From the NCBI GenBank assembly GCA_030141605.1, contig JAQGDQ010000127.1, forward strand, positions 496,001-560,000: a stretch of DNA of 64,000 nt, read 5' to 3'. The stretch is from Tubiluchus corallicola. Taxonomy: Eukaryota; Animalia; Priapulida. Numbering within the stretch: the first letter of the stretch is position 1; every line of letters starts with the position of its first letter. The position numbers and the translations under genes were made by a program. Below, piece after piece: positions 27,396 through 41,870 of the stretch. The notes beneath the pieces were generated by a model, which was not told where the DNA came from, did not search any database, and saw only the letters and a program-made list of their open reading frames with translations.

Positions 27396-30300
27396 TTTTC
27401 TCTCTATAAAAAGGATAAATTTAAGAGGCAAAAATCTGTTAAGATCAATGGCATAAGAAACTTAAAGGCTAATTCTGAGGGTTTAACATTCAACCTATAT
27501 GGTCGTCCACAAATTGACTTGAAGACGTTGTACACAAATGAGACAAACAACATGTTGTAGTTAAACACAAACAGAGAGTTTTCAAGTACCTCTGTAAACT
27601 AAACTGGTGCAGATTCGGTTCAAGAAACAAATAATTACAATTCTGACGGGAAACATGCGACTCAAGCAGCGCAAACACATGAAGAGATTTCAAGAACGTG
27701 AGTTATCCCCGATTTGTATACTTACTGCACAAAAGTGTACATACAGCATACCATGTACAGTTTGCCGCTGGGCTAACTACAACGTACATGCTTCAGAACT
27801 GTTATAATGACTAATCAAAGCTTACGAGAAATTTATCATTTTACTCCTAATATAAAATTTAGCAAAGTTTATGAAAAATCGAGAATCTTCAATTGACGGG
27901 CATTCTAAACCAAACAACTGTTAATATAATTCTATCTGGTTGAATTAAATTAACATCCTATTGACTAGCTCTCAATTCGTAAGCCTATGAATCATGTGTC
28001 TCGTACAGCTTTCTACTTCAAGAAATAAAAAGTTCATCAAGAAATGAAACGTACGTCTACAACTATTTGTGGCTGCAAATTTCAAAACAGTGCCTGTTAA
28101 ATTTCACACACTTTCAAATTTAGAAATATTTGCATATTTGCCCAGGTTAAAAAATCATCTGTTCTAGTGAAGGAATAAAATTTATAACTTGTAATTATTT
28201 ATAAAAGCACAGCTATTTACATCAATGCATGCAACACACATGATACAATTAAGCGAGAACTCTGTGACAAGTGTTTTAAATGAGTCAAATGTGCGACTTG
28301 TGTGTATAAACTCGAAGCTGAAAGCTCAGAATACACTATCAAGTTAGGAAAAGGTGCTCCGAGAAAGCGAATAGGCCTTGTAACATTATTTTCATACAAC
28401 TACAAGACTTAAGTGTTCACATGATTGGAACACCTTTAAACGGCATCGGAATTATCACTTTACATTAAAATATACCGGTACCAATAGGCTAATAACTATT
28501 ATTATACGAATCAACATTTTAATTACATCAGCTAACTACAAAACCAAACTTTAAAGAAAGTTAGACAAACATTAATTCACTAATGATTAGCTTAAAATAC
28601 CATTTATGTTGCCCTGGCATGTGTTCTTTGCATTCCAAACTAACGCTGATAAATTCGCTTGTCGGAGAAAACTGTAGAAAGAGTCACAACAACTTCTACA
28701 CTATATAAATACAAGCATCTGTTTCAGTGATTACAGATTACTGATGGCGTGCGGCCACTTCGCTAGCGTGGCAGTGTGTACTGTATGCTCACTCAGACAA
28801 CTGGAACATGCCATTATCGACGCAGAACAGGGATGAGGCATTGTCTGCGCACTCAGATATATCAGAGTGAGGATTTTCCTTCTTTACCTTTTACTCTCTA
28901 CAAGTTTATCACATAAAGTTGCGACGTATCACTGATAGACTTTGGGCACAGCTTTTAAGTACGATACGTCGTGTCAACGAAATTTAAAGTGTTTCTACTT
29001 CAAAGGTAATTGCCATTTTTAGCATTTAAATAGAAATTCGGTTTATGGAGCATTTTACACCAAACTATTTATTTAATTTTGCCCGAAACCACAAACTAAC
29101 GTGTAACTACTGAAAGACAACATTCATTGTAACAACTTTCATTATTACAGGTTAGCTGAGATAGGCTCGAATGTACTTAAACGAAAAATATACTATTTAA
29201 AAAGCCAGTTTGTGAAATTATTTGGTTTCAGTAAAATTATAGGCTTTGTTCTAATAATTCTGTTTTGACTTATTAGATTTTCACAGAGGAACATATTTAA
29301 GCTTGCATGAACAGACTAAGGAAGCAATTTAAAATAACTTATTTTCTTGTGTTTTATAAATTAACCGAAAACCATAATCCGTTTATTAATAAGTCACAAT
29401 AAAAATGACTACATTTTACCATTCTACTTCGGCCTGCACGGATTCTAATAATAAATGACTTGGCGTCTTAAAGTAATCGTGCCAGAAGCTAAAAAGTATT
29501 GTATAATTAGTATCAACTATCAATCATAGTCCACCTTTCTATCATACCTTTTGTATTTATCTATCAAAACAAGCAAACAAACAAATCAAACGGGCAGTGT
29601 GGTTTTGTTTTTAAAATTAATGCATTCCAAATAGCATTATTCAGTCTTCTCTTTTATATCTATGTACCAATCGTGCTTTACAATAAATGAGCAACAAAAA
29701 TATTGAGTCTCTCTTGCTTTTAAACATACGAACATCAAGCCTGCGATGTATTTCTCTCTATTAATTGATCATGTGCTCGTCTGCAGGATTTATTAATTTT
29801 TTGTATTTTACAGTTTACGGAAATGGAATAAATTTGATTGTTACACTCCATAAACGACCCTTATATCGAGTGCCCAAGTCACATGTCCCAATGCTATCTT
29901 GTAACTATGTTTATAACAAGAAAAATAGCGTAAAATTGGCTAATATTACATTGACGTATAATATAAGTTTTGGCCACATTTGAATTCATGTTTACTGTGA
30001 AGATCTCATTGAGGTTTATAAAAACTGGCCAGAAAAGAAAACATTTTGTTTTGTCCTTATTTAAAGTTAATAAAACAGGGCTTTTTATCTAACTTGCAAA
30101 ACCATAAACTAAACTAAACTGCGTATTTTCTTGATTGCATAATGGTTTAATCAGCAAATCATAGATGTAAACATTGTGCGTTTCTTCCTATAAACAAAAC
30201 TAGACTATATATTTCCACTAATTCACTTTCAATTTCAATTGACAGTAATAAAATCTAGAACCAGGCTAATATTTCTCCCGCTAACTAATGATAAGTTGAG

Positions 30301-31867
30301 CATTTTTCATAACAGTGTTAGACAGAGCTGTAGCTAAATGTCCCGAACGTACCTGCTGCAGGGGTGTGTGAAATAACTTGCACGCTGATTGGGCAGTCAA
30401 CAAAAATGATTGACATTATATTAGACGTCAATTATGGAAGGATTGAATATGATGTGCAGTGTAATTCTATTCTGCAGGGTGTGTGCGCTTAATAAGATTT
30501 TGGCCTGAAGCATTTGTGATTTGTGAAAGTGTTTAATATAAATTTTGAACATAATTGGAGAATAAAAATTAAGATGGTCTTCTTAATTACAAAACAACAA
30601 ACAGAATCACGCATAGGCAAAATAATGGTATGAAAATAATTTATGCCCCTGCCCCCTTGCCATATAGCATGGTGATGTAGCATACGCACAACGAAAGTTA
30701 CAACAAAAATATTTAACTGAACACAAACAATAATTGTGAATAGCTGTTCTACATTTCAACGTGTATATGAATATACTTACCGACAGAAGCCTTTACGGTC
30801 TTAAAATTAACATGGGCCAAATTAAGCCTCTTCGGCAACTCTTGTCTCACAATAATATGGATGGCACTGTAGGCTAAATTATTTATAATCTAATAATACT
30901 TTAATAATCATGCCAGACAATAGACACAAACCCAGGAATCCAGCAATCACTGAGCAATGAAGCTAACTTCTTGGCCATCGGGAGTTACTCTGTGGCCAAA
31001 TGATTTTATGTTTCCTTTTCGTACGTTATTCGAGCTTATGTAAACTAGCAATGGGTTTTCATTAGCGAACAGCGATGGAAAAATGATGATAACGAGCTAC
31101 AGGCGCGACCCCACAGGGTCAGCCTACCAAGTTCTAAATTTATCATATTTTCAGTTAAAGCTGCTGTTGTTACTACATTTAGTACATTTAATAATTTCTC
31201 CAGCAACTTTCGAGCAAGCATTTACATTCAGACATGCCCATGAAAACAATTCTTACCCGAGGCTTACAAATGTTTGATTGGGGTGATTGCTCAACAATTT
31301 TTAATACCGTGATATAGGCCTACTTTCGAAACAGATCACTAATGGTCAGTAAAACAACAAAAATATACAATAGAGATTGTGTCTATATCGTCAGTAAGGG
31401 CAAACGACAAATTTTTCACAATGAGTGAATCTAGAGTGTCGCGACATTTGCAGTAATTTAATGCGTTAGATACATAATCAGAACACCACCCTCAGTACCA
31501 TAGCTTCTAGGCAATAAATTTGCCAGGGTTGTGCTGCCATCTATCAGCGGCGCATCTAACTAGTTGAGTAAAATTCGCAGCCTCTTGAAAACTGATAACC
31601 AGTGCGTATGTGTCGGGTTTGGGTAAATCTAAGTTTGTTTCCATTAGTCTGAGCGTTTGGTCTATCCCGTGGAACAAGTCAAAATTCACAGCACAAAACT
31701 ACAAATGCTTTCAAAGCAAAGTACATGTATATTGTTTACAACGCGGGATCTACACTATACTTCAAATTCAAAAACGATTAAATGTCTAATGCTACAGACA
31801 CATTGGAAGCTTATGGTTACGTTGCACTAGACTTCAAAATTCTCTAAGTCCTGCAAATTAAAAGTAG

Positions 31868-32170
31868 TCTATTAATAATTTATATAATACAAAGACGAAA
31901 ATCTGTTCATTTTGTCCGTCTTTTATGCGCGTCCATCCATGGTCATGCTACAGCTTACCCCCAAATGCAGGGTGTGCAGTAAGAACCAGCATTGCCCCAG
32001 AAGGTTATAAAAGGTCAATTTAGATCACCACCATGGCGGCGTAAAAATAGCACTTTGTAGAACATTCTTTTGTAGTCGTCCATTGTTTTATTAAAGGTTT
32101 TAGGAGATCTCAATTTGGGCCATACCCACGCCTCACAACCGATGTCCAAAAATCAGTCAGTCTCAGCTAG
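31868..32170 (+). mobile_element. Possible non-autonomous Helitron relic
   Basis: Starts TCTATTAATAATTTATATAATACAAAG followed by a tctgt/gtccgtc tract and ends cagCTAG|T; the diagnostic 3' hairpin is not clearly intact. Confidence 0.35.
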
Positions 32171-34105
32171 TTATAATAAAAATAAAAATAACAACAAAAA
32201 AGAAAATTCCGCAATGACTTGCAGAATCTTAATACTGTTGCACATTTTCGGTTTACTATGGCAATGCAAAGTTACCTGGGGGTTCGAGTGCGACACAGGC
32301 AAACAATAGTATTTCTATACAATGGCACATTGCACACCTGGTGTCAGCAGACTTTGCAGACCTCCACCTGTCAACGACAACTGGAAACGACACAGGTAGT
32401 AATCGGCTGTTAATGAACGTGGTGTAGCATGAAACATTGGAATTATCGCATTTTCAATCATCATGAATTCTAATAAAATGGACAAAATCACATTTTCTTT
32501 TAACATATATTGTAGAAACAGGCTTTTACTTTCACTACGATGCATTAGCACACGGCTATCAGCAGGGAAAAAGAGTAACTTAGCTTTCTAACGTAATCTT
32601 ACGTTTAGCAACGTTGCGTTTTAATCGTAAAATGATTAGGTATCCTATAAATTTTAAATAAAGATTTGTTTCACCGCACATCAGGTTCAGCACGACATAA
32701 GTAACCTATAAGCAGCTAACCACAAACATAGTGTGGTTAGAAATCCAAAAACATTATAATCTAATATCTTTGAACCACTAATACTAGTATAATATTAACG
32801 TAGACAGCAAATTTTATAATAACACCAGTAAAAATTCGAATTACACTAAAATGTCACCGCTTATTGTCTCAAAAGACTATAACTACGCTGTAATTAAGTG
32901 TACAGTATTCAGTTTATCCGGTAAGCCTTCGAAAAAAATTTTACAGGACTGACAAATCAACAGAAACTTTATCATGGTTCAGAATCGCACACCTAGATAA
33001 AATTGTACAATTCTTACAATTGTACAAATCTTAATAATTAAACTCTTTAGTCACAAATAAAAACGCTAAAATAAAATAAATGACGTTAAACGAAATTTGA
33101 ATTTCTTACCGATTGCAGGAAGTGAACATTTTACGTTAAGAAACTAGCTAGCTACAGTCATTTAAAATCATAAGATCATAATGAGATCATAATGGTATTA
33201 TAAGAAGTGTGAATGACGTTATTACATCATAATTTTGAACAGTGTATGCCAAACAGTAAGCAAGGGTGGGTTATGAAAGGTAATTCGATCGAAATACTAT
33301 ATAAAACATCTGAGAGTTACAACAAGATTATTATATTCATTCATCATACCACTTTCAGTTAACAGCTTGGCGCATGCGCTTATGCCGATTCTGACCGAGA
33401 ACGTAATCCTTCATAAGCATTCACCTTCGCCGCATAAAACAAACATGAAGGTATGTGATTCCAACCCAAAACTGGTAAAATAATCCCTATTCCACGTATT
33501 CCATTAGAAAGTCTTTTCACTAGAGATCATCTCACCGTTACACAGTCAGCTATCACTCATGATGTACCGCAGTCGAATGAAACCGTTTCACATTACGCGG
33601 GGATAGAGGCGTATGGGTAATCATTTTCACATTAGCCAAGGTAGACAGCCAGCCATCGCTAACGTGAAGAACACCTGCTCATAGAACGCAGTGGTACATG
33701 ATCATTGCGCACAGGAAATGAAGTGAAAATAAGAGTCAATTTCGCGTTAGAACAAAAGCAGATCGTATTATAAAAGCCTTGCCAGCCAGTGGGCATTCAT
33801 CAGTTAATGACCCGAGACCTAGCAGATAGGACCTGACGTACTAACTGCAGAATGAATCTGAAATTCACAGCTGTACAATTTCGACAAATCTTATATGTAT
33901 ATACAGTCTAATCAGGCGTCTCTCTGAGCTTAGCTCTAGCAAATAAAAATCTAAATTTACCCTGGAATTTTCCGTTAAAAGTCTATCCATAGGTTACAAC
34001 ACTAAAGTAGTTCCAAAATTTTGCTTACAAATTCAGTTTCGATACTTAACAGGTAGCCATTTCACTATTTGAGTCGTACTGGTGAACACAGTCAACGTTC
34101 TGAAC

Positions 34106-34403
34106 CAGCTGTTTTCAACCAGTGGTCCATGAACCGCAAATTACAAAAGAACCTTTGTTTTCTTCTTCTACTTTTTTGTGAATATAAGCGAGGATTCTGT
34201 CAAAGAGTAGAAAATTATATAAAAATAATTATTTCAAGAAAAACTTCATTTTTACACAATTCTCGTTGCGTGCCCTTTATGTAATACTTGTACTGGGAGC
34301 ATCGTGCATATTTGCCCAAAAATGGCATAATGGTCCGTAATGCGTCTTGACGTTTTCTCCTAAAGGCCGACTGGGCCCCAGGCCGAAAGAAGTTGGCAGC
34401 TCT
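34106..34403. mobile_element. Decayed hAT (Charlie-like) MITE
   Basis: Begins cagctgttttcaaccagtggtcc (compare CAGTGGTTCTCAACC); right end ggccgaaagaagttggcagctct is degenerate; no TSD confirmed. Confidence 0.4.
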
Positions 34404-35499
34404 ACACCATTCCCACTTTCGAGAGAAACTGTGATGGCCGATGGCTACACCAGCAAAAACGAAAAAATAAAAGTTTAACTAAGCTGCGTGGCTCATCTCT
34501 CTTTGTGTAAAAAATCTTACAATGTTTCTTAATTTAAAGTATTGCTTTTGTTAGCCACTGATCCGAATATAAAATTTGTTATTCAGTTCGACAAGCCAAG
34601 TCGAGCCGGGTATTACAGGTGAAGGCACATTTACTGAATACTATCTGCTGACTTCAAAATTTCGTAAAATGGACAACTCATCGTTCTTGCATGTCAAAAA
34701 GAGCGAAATTTGGAAGCCACTATATATTAATTGTTTAAAACTTCCCAATTGTGCAATAATTTTTGGGTTGCTCTCTTGCTGAATAACTCTATAAAGAAGT
34801 TTATTTCGCCATGAAGTCCATGATGCCGGTCTAGTTGGCACTCTCGTTGTTCATATAATAAGTTTTACACAGTTTTATATCGTGAAATCACAACAAAGTT
34901 ATTCCGTGTTCTAATTTTTTAGAAAAAAACGAATTCATGAAAACGGTGGATAATGGTCTAAGTGACATATATAGGCGGACGGCAGAAAATACTCAGTAAG
35001 CAGCTATTCCAATATTTCGCATTCCGCTTTAGTTATGTAACACATAAACAGACAAATAGAAAGAGTTTTTAAAGGTCAATCTAGAGTAAAAACTTGAAAG
35101 TTTCCTATAAATATATGCAGGTTCTAAGTGTTTAAAAAACTGTCTTCGCATCCATATGTCGCTGATACTTTTTTACTAAATTAGTAATCTCCTTCTAAAA
35201 CTGTGAAACAGAAACAAGACTCCTGCGTAAAAAAAACACATAGCCTACTAAAGCTGTGTGATTTGTCATGAAAGAAAATCATGAATGAATGAAAGAAAGA
35301 AAATTTTGTTTGACATGACAGCAAACAAAATCAATGGTCTAGTAAGTAAACGAAGTAAAATCTGTATTGGAAAACGCTCGTTCTTTGTGTATTCAGTAAT
35401 ACGATTTCCTGCAGATTACGTACAAACTGTAAAATTGTATAATGCAAATTGTATATTGTGTAATATTCGAGTAGTTCGAGTCTGCCAGTCTATGGTCCC

Positions 35500-35571
35500 A
35501 ATTCTACCCTTGAAAAGTCAAAATTGAAAATTCTTCCCTTGGGGGATGGTCATCCCGGTTGAGAACCACTG
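35500..35571. mobile_element. Terminal fragment of a hAT (Charlie-like) MITE
   Basis: Ends ggttgagaaccactg (reverse complement CAGTGGTTCTCAACC); a related copy lies at 59904-59966. Confidence 0.6.
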
Positions 35572-35696
35572 CATGAACTAAACAGACTAGGTCCGCTTAC
35601 TGTTTTCGTCTGCAGATAATCTTTCTGAGCTCTTTCTGAGCGACACAGTAACTGACATAAATATTATTGTTGCTCGGGCAATTATCCATAACTTAC

Positions 35697-35762
35697 TTGT
35701 TGTTCAGAAGCGTCTAATTCTTGGTCTTCTGCTGTTTCTTCCAACTTTCGATAATTAAACAA
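35697..35762 (-). CDS. Upstream coding exon of the same puratrophin-like RhoGEF gene
   Basis: Acceptor attttttgatttttacag|, donor caa|gtaagt; 66 nt, phase 0-0, LFNYRKLEETAEDQELDASEQQ; splices in frame to exon 20747-20935. The start exon was not identified. Confidence 0.65.
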
Positions 35763-38700
35763 CTGTAAAAATCAAAAAATATTTGGGAATTTTTTGCAAC
35801 ATCTCATTAACATTACATAAAAGTGAATATTATTAATTTGGAACACTTGTGTTTGCCCCGGTCTATTATAGGCTTTTAATAATCATACTAAGTACTTGCA
35901 AAATAAATATTGTGTGCAGTTTTATACAGTGTTACCGTGTGGGCAAGTGCGCCATGCTTGACAGTATGCTTGGCCGACAGATTCTTGCCAGAAACTAGAA
36001 AACATTTCCCAAATGTTAGGGTTATAGTCGTCTGCGTCTCTGAGGAACTATATATGTTATTAATGACATGTTGTAATTCGTTTTATTGCTGAAACCTTCC
36101 AGTCTTGGATAACGGTACATCGACACAGAATAATTATGTCGAATGCCAGACGGCTTGCTTGGTGCAACTGAAAGATAGCTCCTGCTTTAAGCTCTAAATT
36201 TTTTATTATTAAAATCATAAATTACGAAAGAAAATTCCTCTCAAAGTGGAAAGCAAATAAAATTCTTAAGATGCTAGGGAGAAATACTAGACGCTGAACA
36301 GCTTGTCAAACTGACAACGTGGTGATGATTAATCAGTAACGGCAGTTTACAGGGATAATATTCCATGCAATAAATGTAATAAAGACTTTCAAAACGTGCG
36401 GATGTGTCGATGAGTAACTGTAGCGCCATTACTTATTCTCAATCTCCATCTGTTCTTGCTGAGATCATAAATAATTATTAAACTACACTGTATCTTCTCA
36501 GACATTGTCACATATGACATCTGCATGGTCCTGATGAATTAACAATGATAAGCTTGTATTACAAGATTATTAAAGGGGGAGAAAACGGAATTTTATACTA
36601 TGTCTCAAAAAGCTTTACGTGTAGAGTTACATTACTTAGTACAACACTTGTCTGTTTGAAAGACATGTAACTGAAAAAGAAAATTTTTAATAATTTAACA
36701 TGTTCGCGATAGTTGGTAAAGCGTCACTGATTCGCAGTCCCAGTGTGCATCAAAAAAACGTCATTGATTCAACAAAACATACCTTATTAATCTGAAGTGA
36801 AGAGGTAAAGTGATTTATACTTTCGTCTAGTTGGTAAGGTGCGTGCCACGAATGCTCTACGCACTGTTATTTAAACACTTGTTTCAAACGGCTTAACGTC
36901 AAAATGGCTGTGCCTAACAATCACAATGCGAGCTTAAACTTTCAAGTTTTATACAGTGAAGTTGCTAATCAAGCTCTGTGCGCAATAAGACAGTATGCAG
37001 GTGATTTAAAATTTCAAGACGAATTTTTTTAGTCTATGTAAGTACAGATTTATGTTGTCCTTTAAAATTACTCAAAGTGCACCTTGTTATCAAATTGTTC
37101 ACGTCAATCGTTGGCGCTACAAACAAATTAATGACCGCAGATTTTTTGGTGTAACCACGTCACGGAATGGCCAAGTGATATTAATGATAGAAATTTCAAA
37201 TTTACTAATTAAAATGCTGATCAAAGCAAATGATGGGTGTAAGTGAACTGTAGGAATCTTTATGGCCGCTACCCTGCACGTTTGGTAGTCAATCAATGTA
37301 TTCTATAATTATAGACATTTTACAGTCAGAAATGACCCTGCACTCTGCCAACTAGCTTTCAGCGCTTATACTTTCACTTGACTCTGCTTGACATTATTAA
37401 GATGTATAGGAAAGGAATCACCATTTGTAAAGACAGATATTGCTCCATAAACCCAAATACTAAACAGTTCTACTGTGCGTATAGAACGCTACGTTCTAAG
37501 CGACTTGAATTGTGGAAACTTTCGCTGAAATGAAAGCCAGTCTAATGTAAATATGTAAATTAGTGAAGGTGTGGTACTTTGAGAAGCGTACCTACTTATT
37601 ACACGCTTGGTGGACTTTTACAACACACCTCACTGGTCCTTTCTACTCCATGGTGAGAAACTCAAAACAAGAGAAAATCTAACTTTACAATTGAGATACA
37701 ATAAACTTAGAACATCTGTAAGAGTATTAATCCACTTATTTATTGCTGAGTGAAACGCACACTGAGAATTTAATTACAATGCAAAGTGATTCTTTGTGGA
37801 TACTATGTGGAATCTATACTATATCGAACCCGCCGATTACCTATTAGTTTAATGACCAGCTTTAGTGCTGTTCTTAACTTCTGCCACCAAGTACACGCCA
37901 TGACCACACGGCTATTTATCCATGGCCATATAATGCATAAATACCGCAGCGTCTTGAACTGCTGCCAGAAGCTGTTTTTCTGTGCAAAACTCAATTAACG
38001 TTACGTATACGTGGATACTTACCATAACTTTTGCTAACCTGAAGAATACACTCCACGCCATTATTTTCAAAGGCAATGATATTCAAAGTCAAAATTTGCG
38101 GGAGCGTAATTCTTGTTTGGCTGTTTCAATGGAAACTGTTTCACACGGAATAATAAGTCGTAGAATACACCTCTGCATGTTTATATTTCTCCAAACACTC
38201 TAACACCCGTCACTTTTTTTGCTTGAGCAACGGTGAAATATGAGTCTCGTATTCATGATGCTTTCGAACTTATCTGTAAAACTAACTTTATGGAGCCATC
38301 CAAAAAAGTATCTACTAGGCTGTCCCCAAATTAACTGAACTGGATACTGTAACTTAGAAGATGGCGAAACAAGTTTCTATCATGCAGTCTGAATTTTGTC
38401 AAATTGCCTCGCAAGTCTTCTCGCCAAAAAACTTAACTACTAAAACTAAAAAGCAAACTTCACGAAACAAACGAAAGGAGATTTACGAAATTGCATCTGT
38501 TCATCAACAGCATCTACCACATTTTCCACCATCTGTTTTTATTAGATTAATCCATTGAATTAAGGAATGCCAATGAAAGTAAACATATGCAGAATAGTGC
38601 CGTGCTAATCCGCGCACTGTTGTTATTTTTATTCTAAACACGTACTTTACTGTGCATTTAATTATTGTCATGAAAATGTTAGAATCTTCACTTCTTTGTG

Positions 38701-39939
38701 TCATCGCTTACTGCATACTGCAGTAATCATTGCCGATCAAATCATAGCATATGGTTTGCAGAACGTCATAACAATAGCTGTCACATAGCAATTCATTGTA
38801 CTTTCCTATTAGGAACCAGTCCTTTGCACGCCAGAAGGTCAACCTTAATTTTATTACCCGTCACACATAATACACCTAACTGATGATACTGTTGAGTATA
38901 ATTTCATCGTTTCCGGTACGCCTTTCCTGCTTCACAGCATAGCTCTTCAGTCTTTAGTATGCACTATACAGCAAAGTGAATTAATAAAATATACTGCATC
39001 ACTTAATCATAGCGGTTAAATCTCATTATTAGTAATTTTCTCTCCGCCTTCTTCCAGTCACTCATGACTGTACAACAACTGTTATGACACTGACGTTGGC
39101 GCGCATAAGAGTCAAGTACCGGTTAATAATTGAACAATATATCTAACTCAGTTTAGAAGAAAAACGCTGTGGGTGGAATACCATTTTCTAGAGAATGGTT
39201 ACTTCTCAAAGCCCAGGGGGTGCTGGTCTGCTCTCAAAAAGAAATCACAGACTCGAATTAAAACACGGCTGAATAGCAACAGAAAGCTATGACCCTGTAG
39301 CCGACGTATGTTCACACTGCGCATAGCTTTTTGCATGCGGTTCTCACAAATGAGAGGAACAAAAGCTATCTTTTCTCAGACTTCTGCATTCTGATCATCA
39401 TTCTTGGGGATCGAGTGGAGTTCTATACAAGGTGTTCTGCAGGCCCGAGATTCTGACATTTGGTTTTTGTAAGTCAAATTTATAAGTAAGTGTAATTTAT
39501 GTGCATATCATCTATAGTTTGTAATAGTGTAGCTGTACCCGAAAATGGCTGCATTAAAATTTATTATTTATATCTACCCTATCCCCTACAGTAACATCTC
39601 TATTAAACGTTCTTCTTGTTTTCGTTTTTGATGGTTTTGCGCAATAATCGTGTTTGACTTGGTTTAGTGTGAACTCTTATCGAGGTTACTAATCGGTAAA
39701 CCACGGAACAGTATAATCTCGGCATTCTTGTTGAATATTAACGAAAAGGTTAAAAACTGTCACACGCAAATATTTAACAACATTGACGTTTTCGAGGGTG
39801 TATGCACTACTGCGCCTGCATGTGCGTATTGTGAGAGAGCATCAATGTTCTACAATACTGCAAATGCACATTGACCGTTGACCAACCTGATCTGCAGAAT
39901 ACAAGTTATTTACTTTGAATCTGAAAATGAAGATCTATT

Positions 39940-41204
39940 GAGCCCCTAAGGGACATGAGAAAAAAAATTTGTCGTTCCCCGGAGTTACTATCTTGTTCCC
40001 CGAGTTACTAAGTCGTGCGTCAAAGAAAAACGCTTTGTGAACGAAAACCATAAGTCGTACCGGGGCGTGCGATACATTCGATTCGCCGAAAAACGTGAAA
40101 TCTGATACAAAATTGCGAGCCGCGTTTCATCTAACCAGAAAACGGCGATAAAAAGATGTCCGGTCGAGTATTTTACATTCAGAATCTGCTGTTATTTCCT
40201 GTGCTGTTTAGTTTCCGAGATACCGATCTTTTTGGAATAACTCAGAAACTATATGAGGCTTCTTAACCAATTTGGTGTTCCTGTAGCCAGGCTAAAGGGC
40301 TATCTTAGTCTGTAATTTCGGGCTATGACCGTTTGACCAGTCTTATTTATGACCCAAAAATCGTCAAAATATGTTCAGTTTTGAAAAGCCATTATTCCTA
40401 CAAGAAGTGTCATCTACACAAACGGGAAAAGGCCAGGTAAACTACCACATCTTGGCTATCCATCTTTGCTCAGATATTTTTACCTTAAACAGTTACCGTT
40501 TAATAAGGCCTCAAACATAACAGAGTTATGCGAAGACCTAAACTTTATCACATCATTGCTTAAATTTACCCTTAAATTACTTATGACAGAAACGCCACCT
40601 ATCAATATGGCGGTCAGTAATGATAGTCCAATCAACTCTGTGCCCAACGAGGTGCCACATAACCGCCACCGACTTAAGGCTGCCACGCTACAATGTTTTT
40701 TTGGTGCACAGGTCGGTCCTATGGTTACTGTACAGTTGAAAATAGTCATATAGCCAAAAACCGACATGCTTTACTTTAAAAGCTGTTTGAACGGAAATAG
40801 TGAGTCGAAGCGTGCGATACATCATTCGGATTCGCCACGAAACGTAAAATTTAATACATTGCGTCGAAATCGCGAGCCGCGTTTCGTTTATCCAGAAAAC
40901 GGCGATAAAAGGGATGTCCGGTCGAAAATTTTACATTCAGTCTGTTGTCATTTTCGTTCTACGCTTTTTAGCTTCCGAGATACGCTTCCTTTTGGAATAA
41001 CTCAAAAATTAAGTAAGGCTGCTTGATCAAGTCTTGGCGCATGTAGCCAGGGTAGAGGGCCATTTTATCCTATAATTTCGGGTCTTGGCCTTTTGACCCG
41101 GTTAAGTTATAGTCCAAAAATCGTCAAAATTTGTCCATTTTTGAAAAGCTATCATTGCCACCTACCCAAACGGAAAAAACAAGTAAAGCACCATGTCTTG
41201 GCTA
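39940..41204 (+). mobile_element. DNA-transposon-like relic with two diverged ~390 bp internal units
   Basis: Starts gagcccctaagggacatgagaaaaaaa plus short gttccccgagttacta repeats; units 40065-40458 and 40810-41204 share gcgtgcgatac, gcgagccgcgtttc, ccagaaaacggcgataaaa, ttccgagatac, tttggaataactca, ccaaaaatcgtcaaaat and cttggcta. Confidence 0.6.
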
Positions 41205-41219
41205 ATGACGCGTCATCAA

Positions 41220-41870
41220 CCACGCTGACAATAAAAAATTCTATAATCGAACAAACTCATAATGTTAAATTTTTGGGCATACTGGTAGACAATAAATTTT
41301 CATCGGATGAACACTTTAATAACATATACACAAAAATAGCATCTAGCACATCATATATCCGACAAGTTAAAGGGCAACTAACACAACAAACTAAGATACT
41401 AATACACAAAACTTTAATACTACTACACTTCTTATGTGGATGTACACTACTTCAAAAAACAAAAGAGAAAATAACTTAAAATTAAATATCCCTCAGAACT
41501 ATGCAGTGAGATTGATAGCTGGGTACTCATACAAACATAAGGCAGGTAGACAAAAATTCAAAACTTTATCAACTAATCTAAGAAAAACTTTAAAACTTCC
41601 AATCACTGAAGCACACAAAGAATATTTTGCTCTGCTTTTTATATTTAAATACATTAACAACATCAGAAAACTATTTCAAAATAACAGATTCAGCTTTTTT
41701 CTAAATCCTATCGTCAATTCCAGAACAAGTAATCTAAAGCAAATTAGGACAAATACCCAGTATGCAACCAACTGTGCAATCAAGCAAGCAATTCTACTTT
41801 GGAATTCTCTACCATTACATGTTAAACAAATCAGCGTTTTAAAAGCAAATTAAAATCATTAATATTAACT
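41220..41870 (+). mobile_element. 5'-truncated LINE (CR1/L2-group-like) RT C-terminus
   Basis: ORFs 41093-41479 and 41434-41853 contain IEQTHNVKFLGILVDNKFSSDEH (KFLGxxxDxxLxWxxH-type motif) and LWNSLPLHVKQ; frameshifted. Confidence 0.8.

Noticed and set aside
31507-31698. Protein-like minus-strand ORF with a possible acceptor
   Set aside because: No recognisable family, weak donor, runs into a stop.
32275-32300. ggttcgagtgc B-box-like motif (tRNA/SINE)
   Set aside because: No A-box or cloverleaf could be built.
30781-33129. Possible minus-strand exons MFTSCN(R) (33110-33129) and AIHIIVRQELPKRLNLAHVNFKTVKASV (30781-30866)
   Set aside because: Good donors and mutually compatible phase, but the chain ends in phase 1, cannot join the phase-0 exon at 20935, and has no recognisable homology; left unannotated.
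34106-35571. A single 1.5-kb hAT element spanning both Charlie-like termini
   Set aside because: The flanking 8-mers do not match as a TSD; treated as two separate relics.
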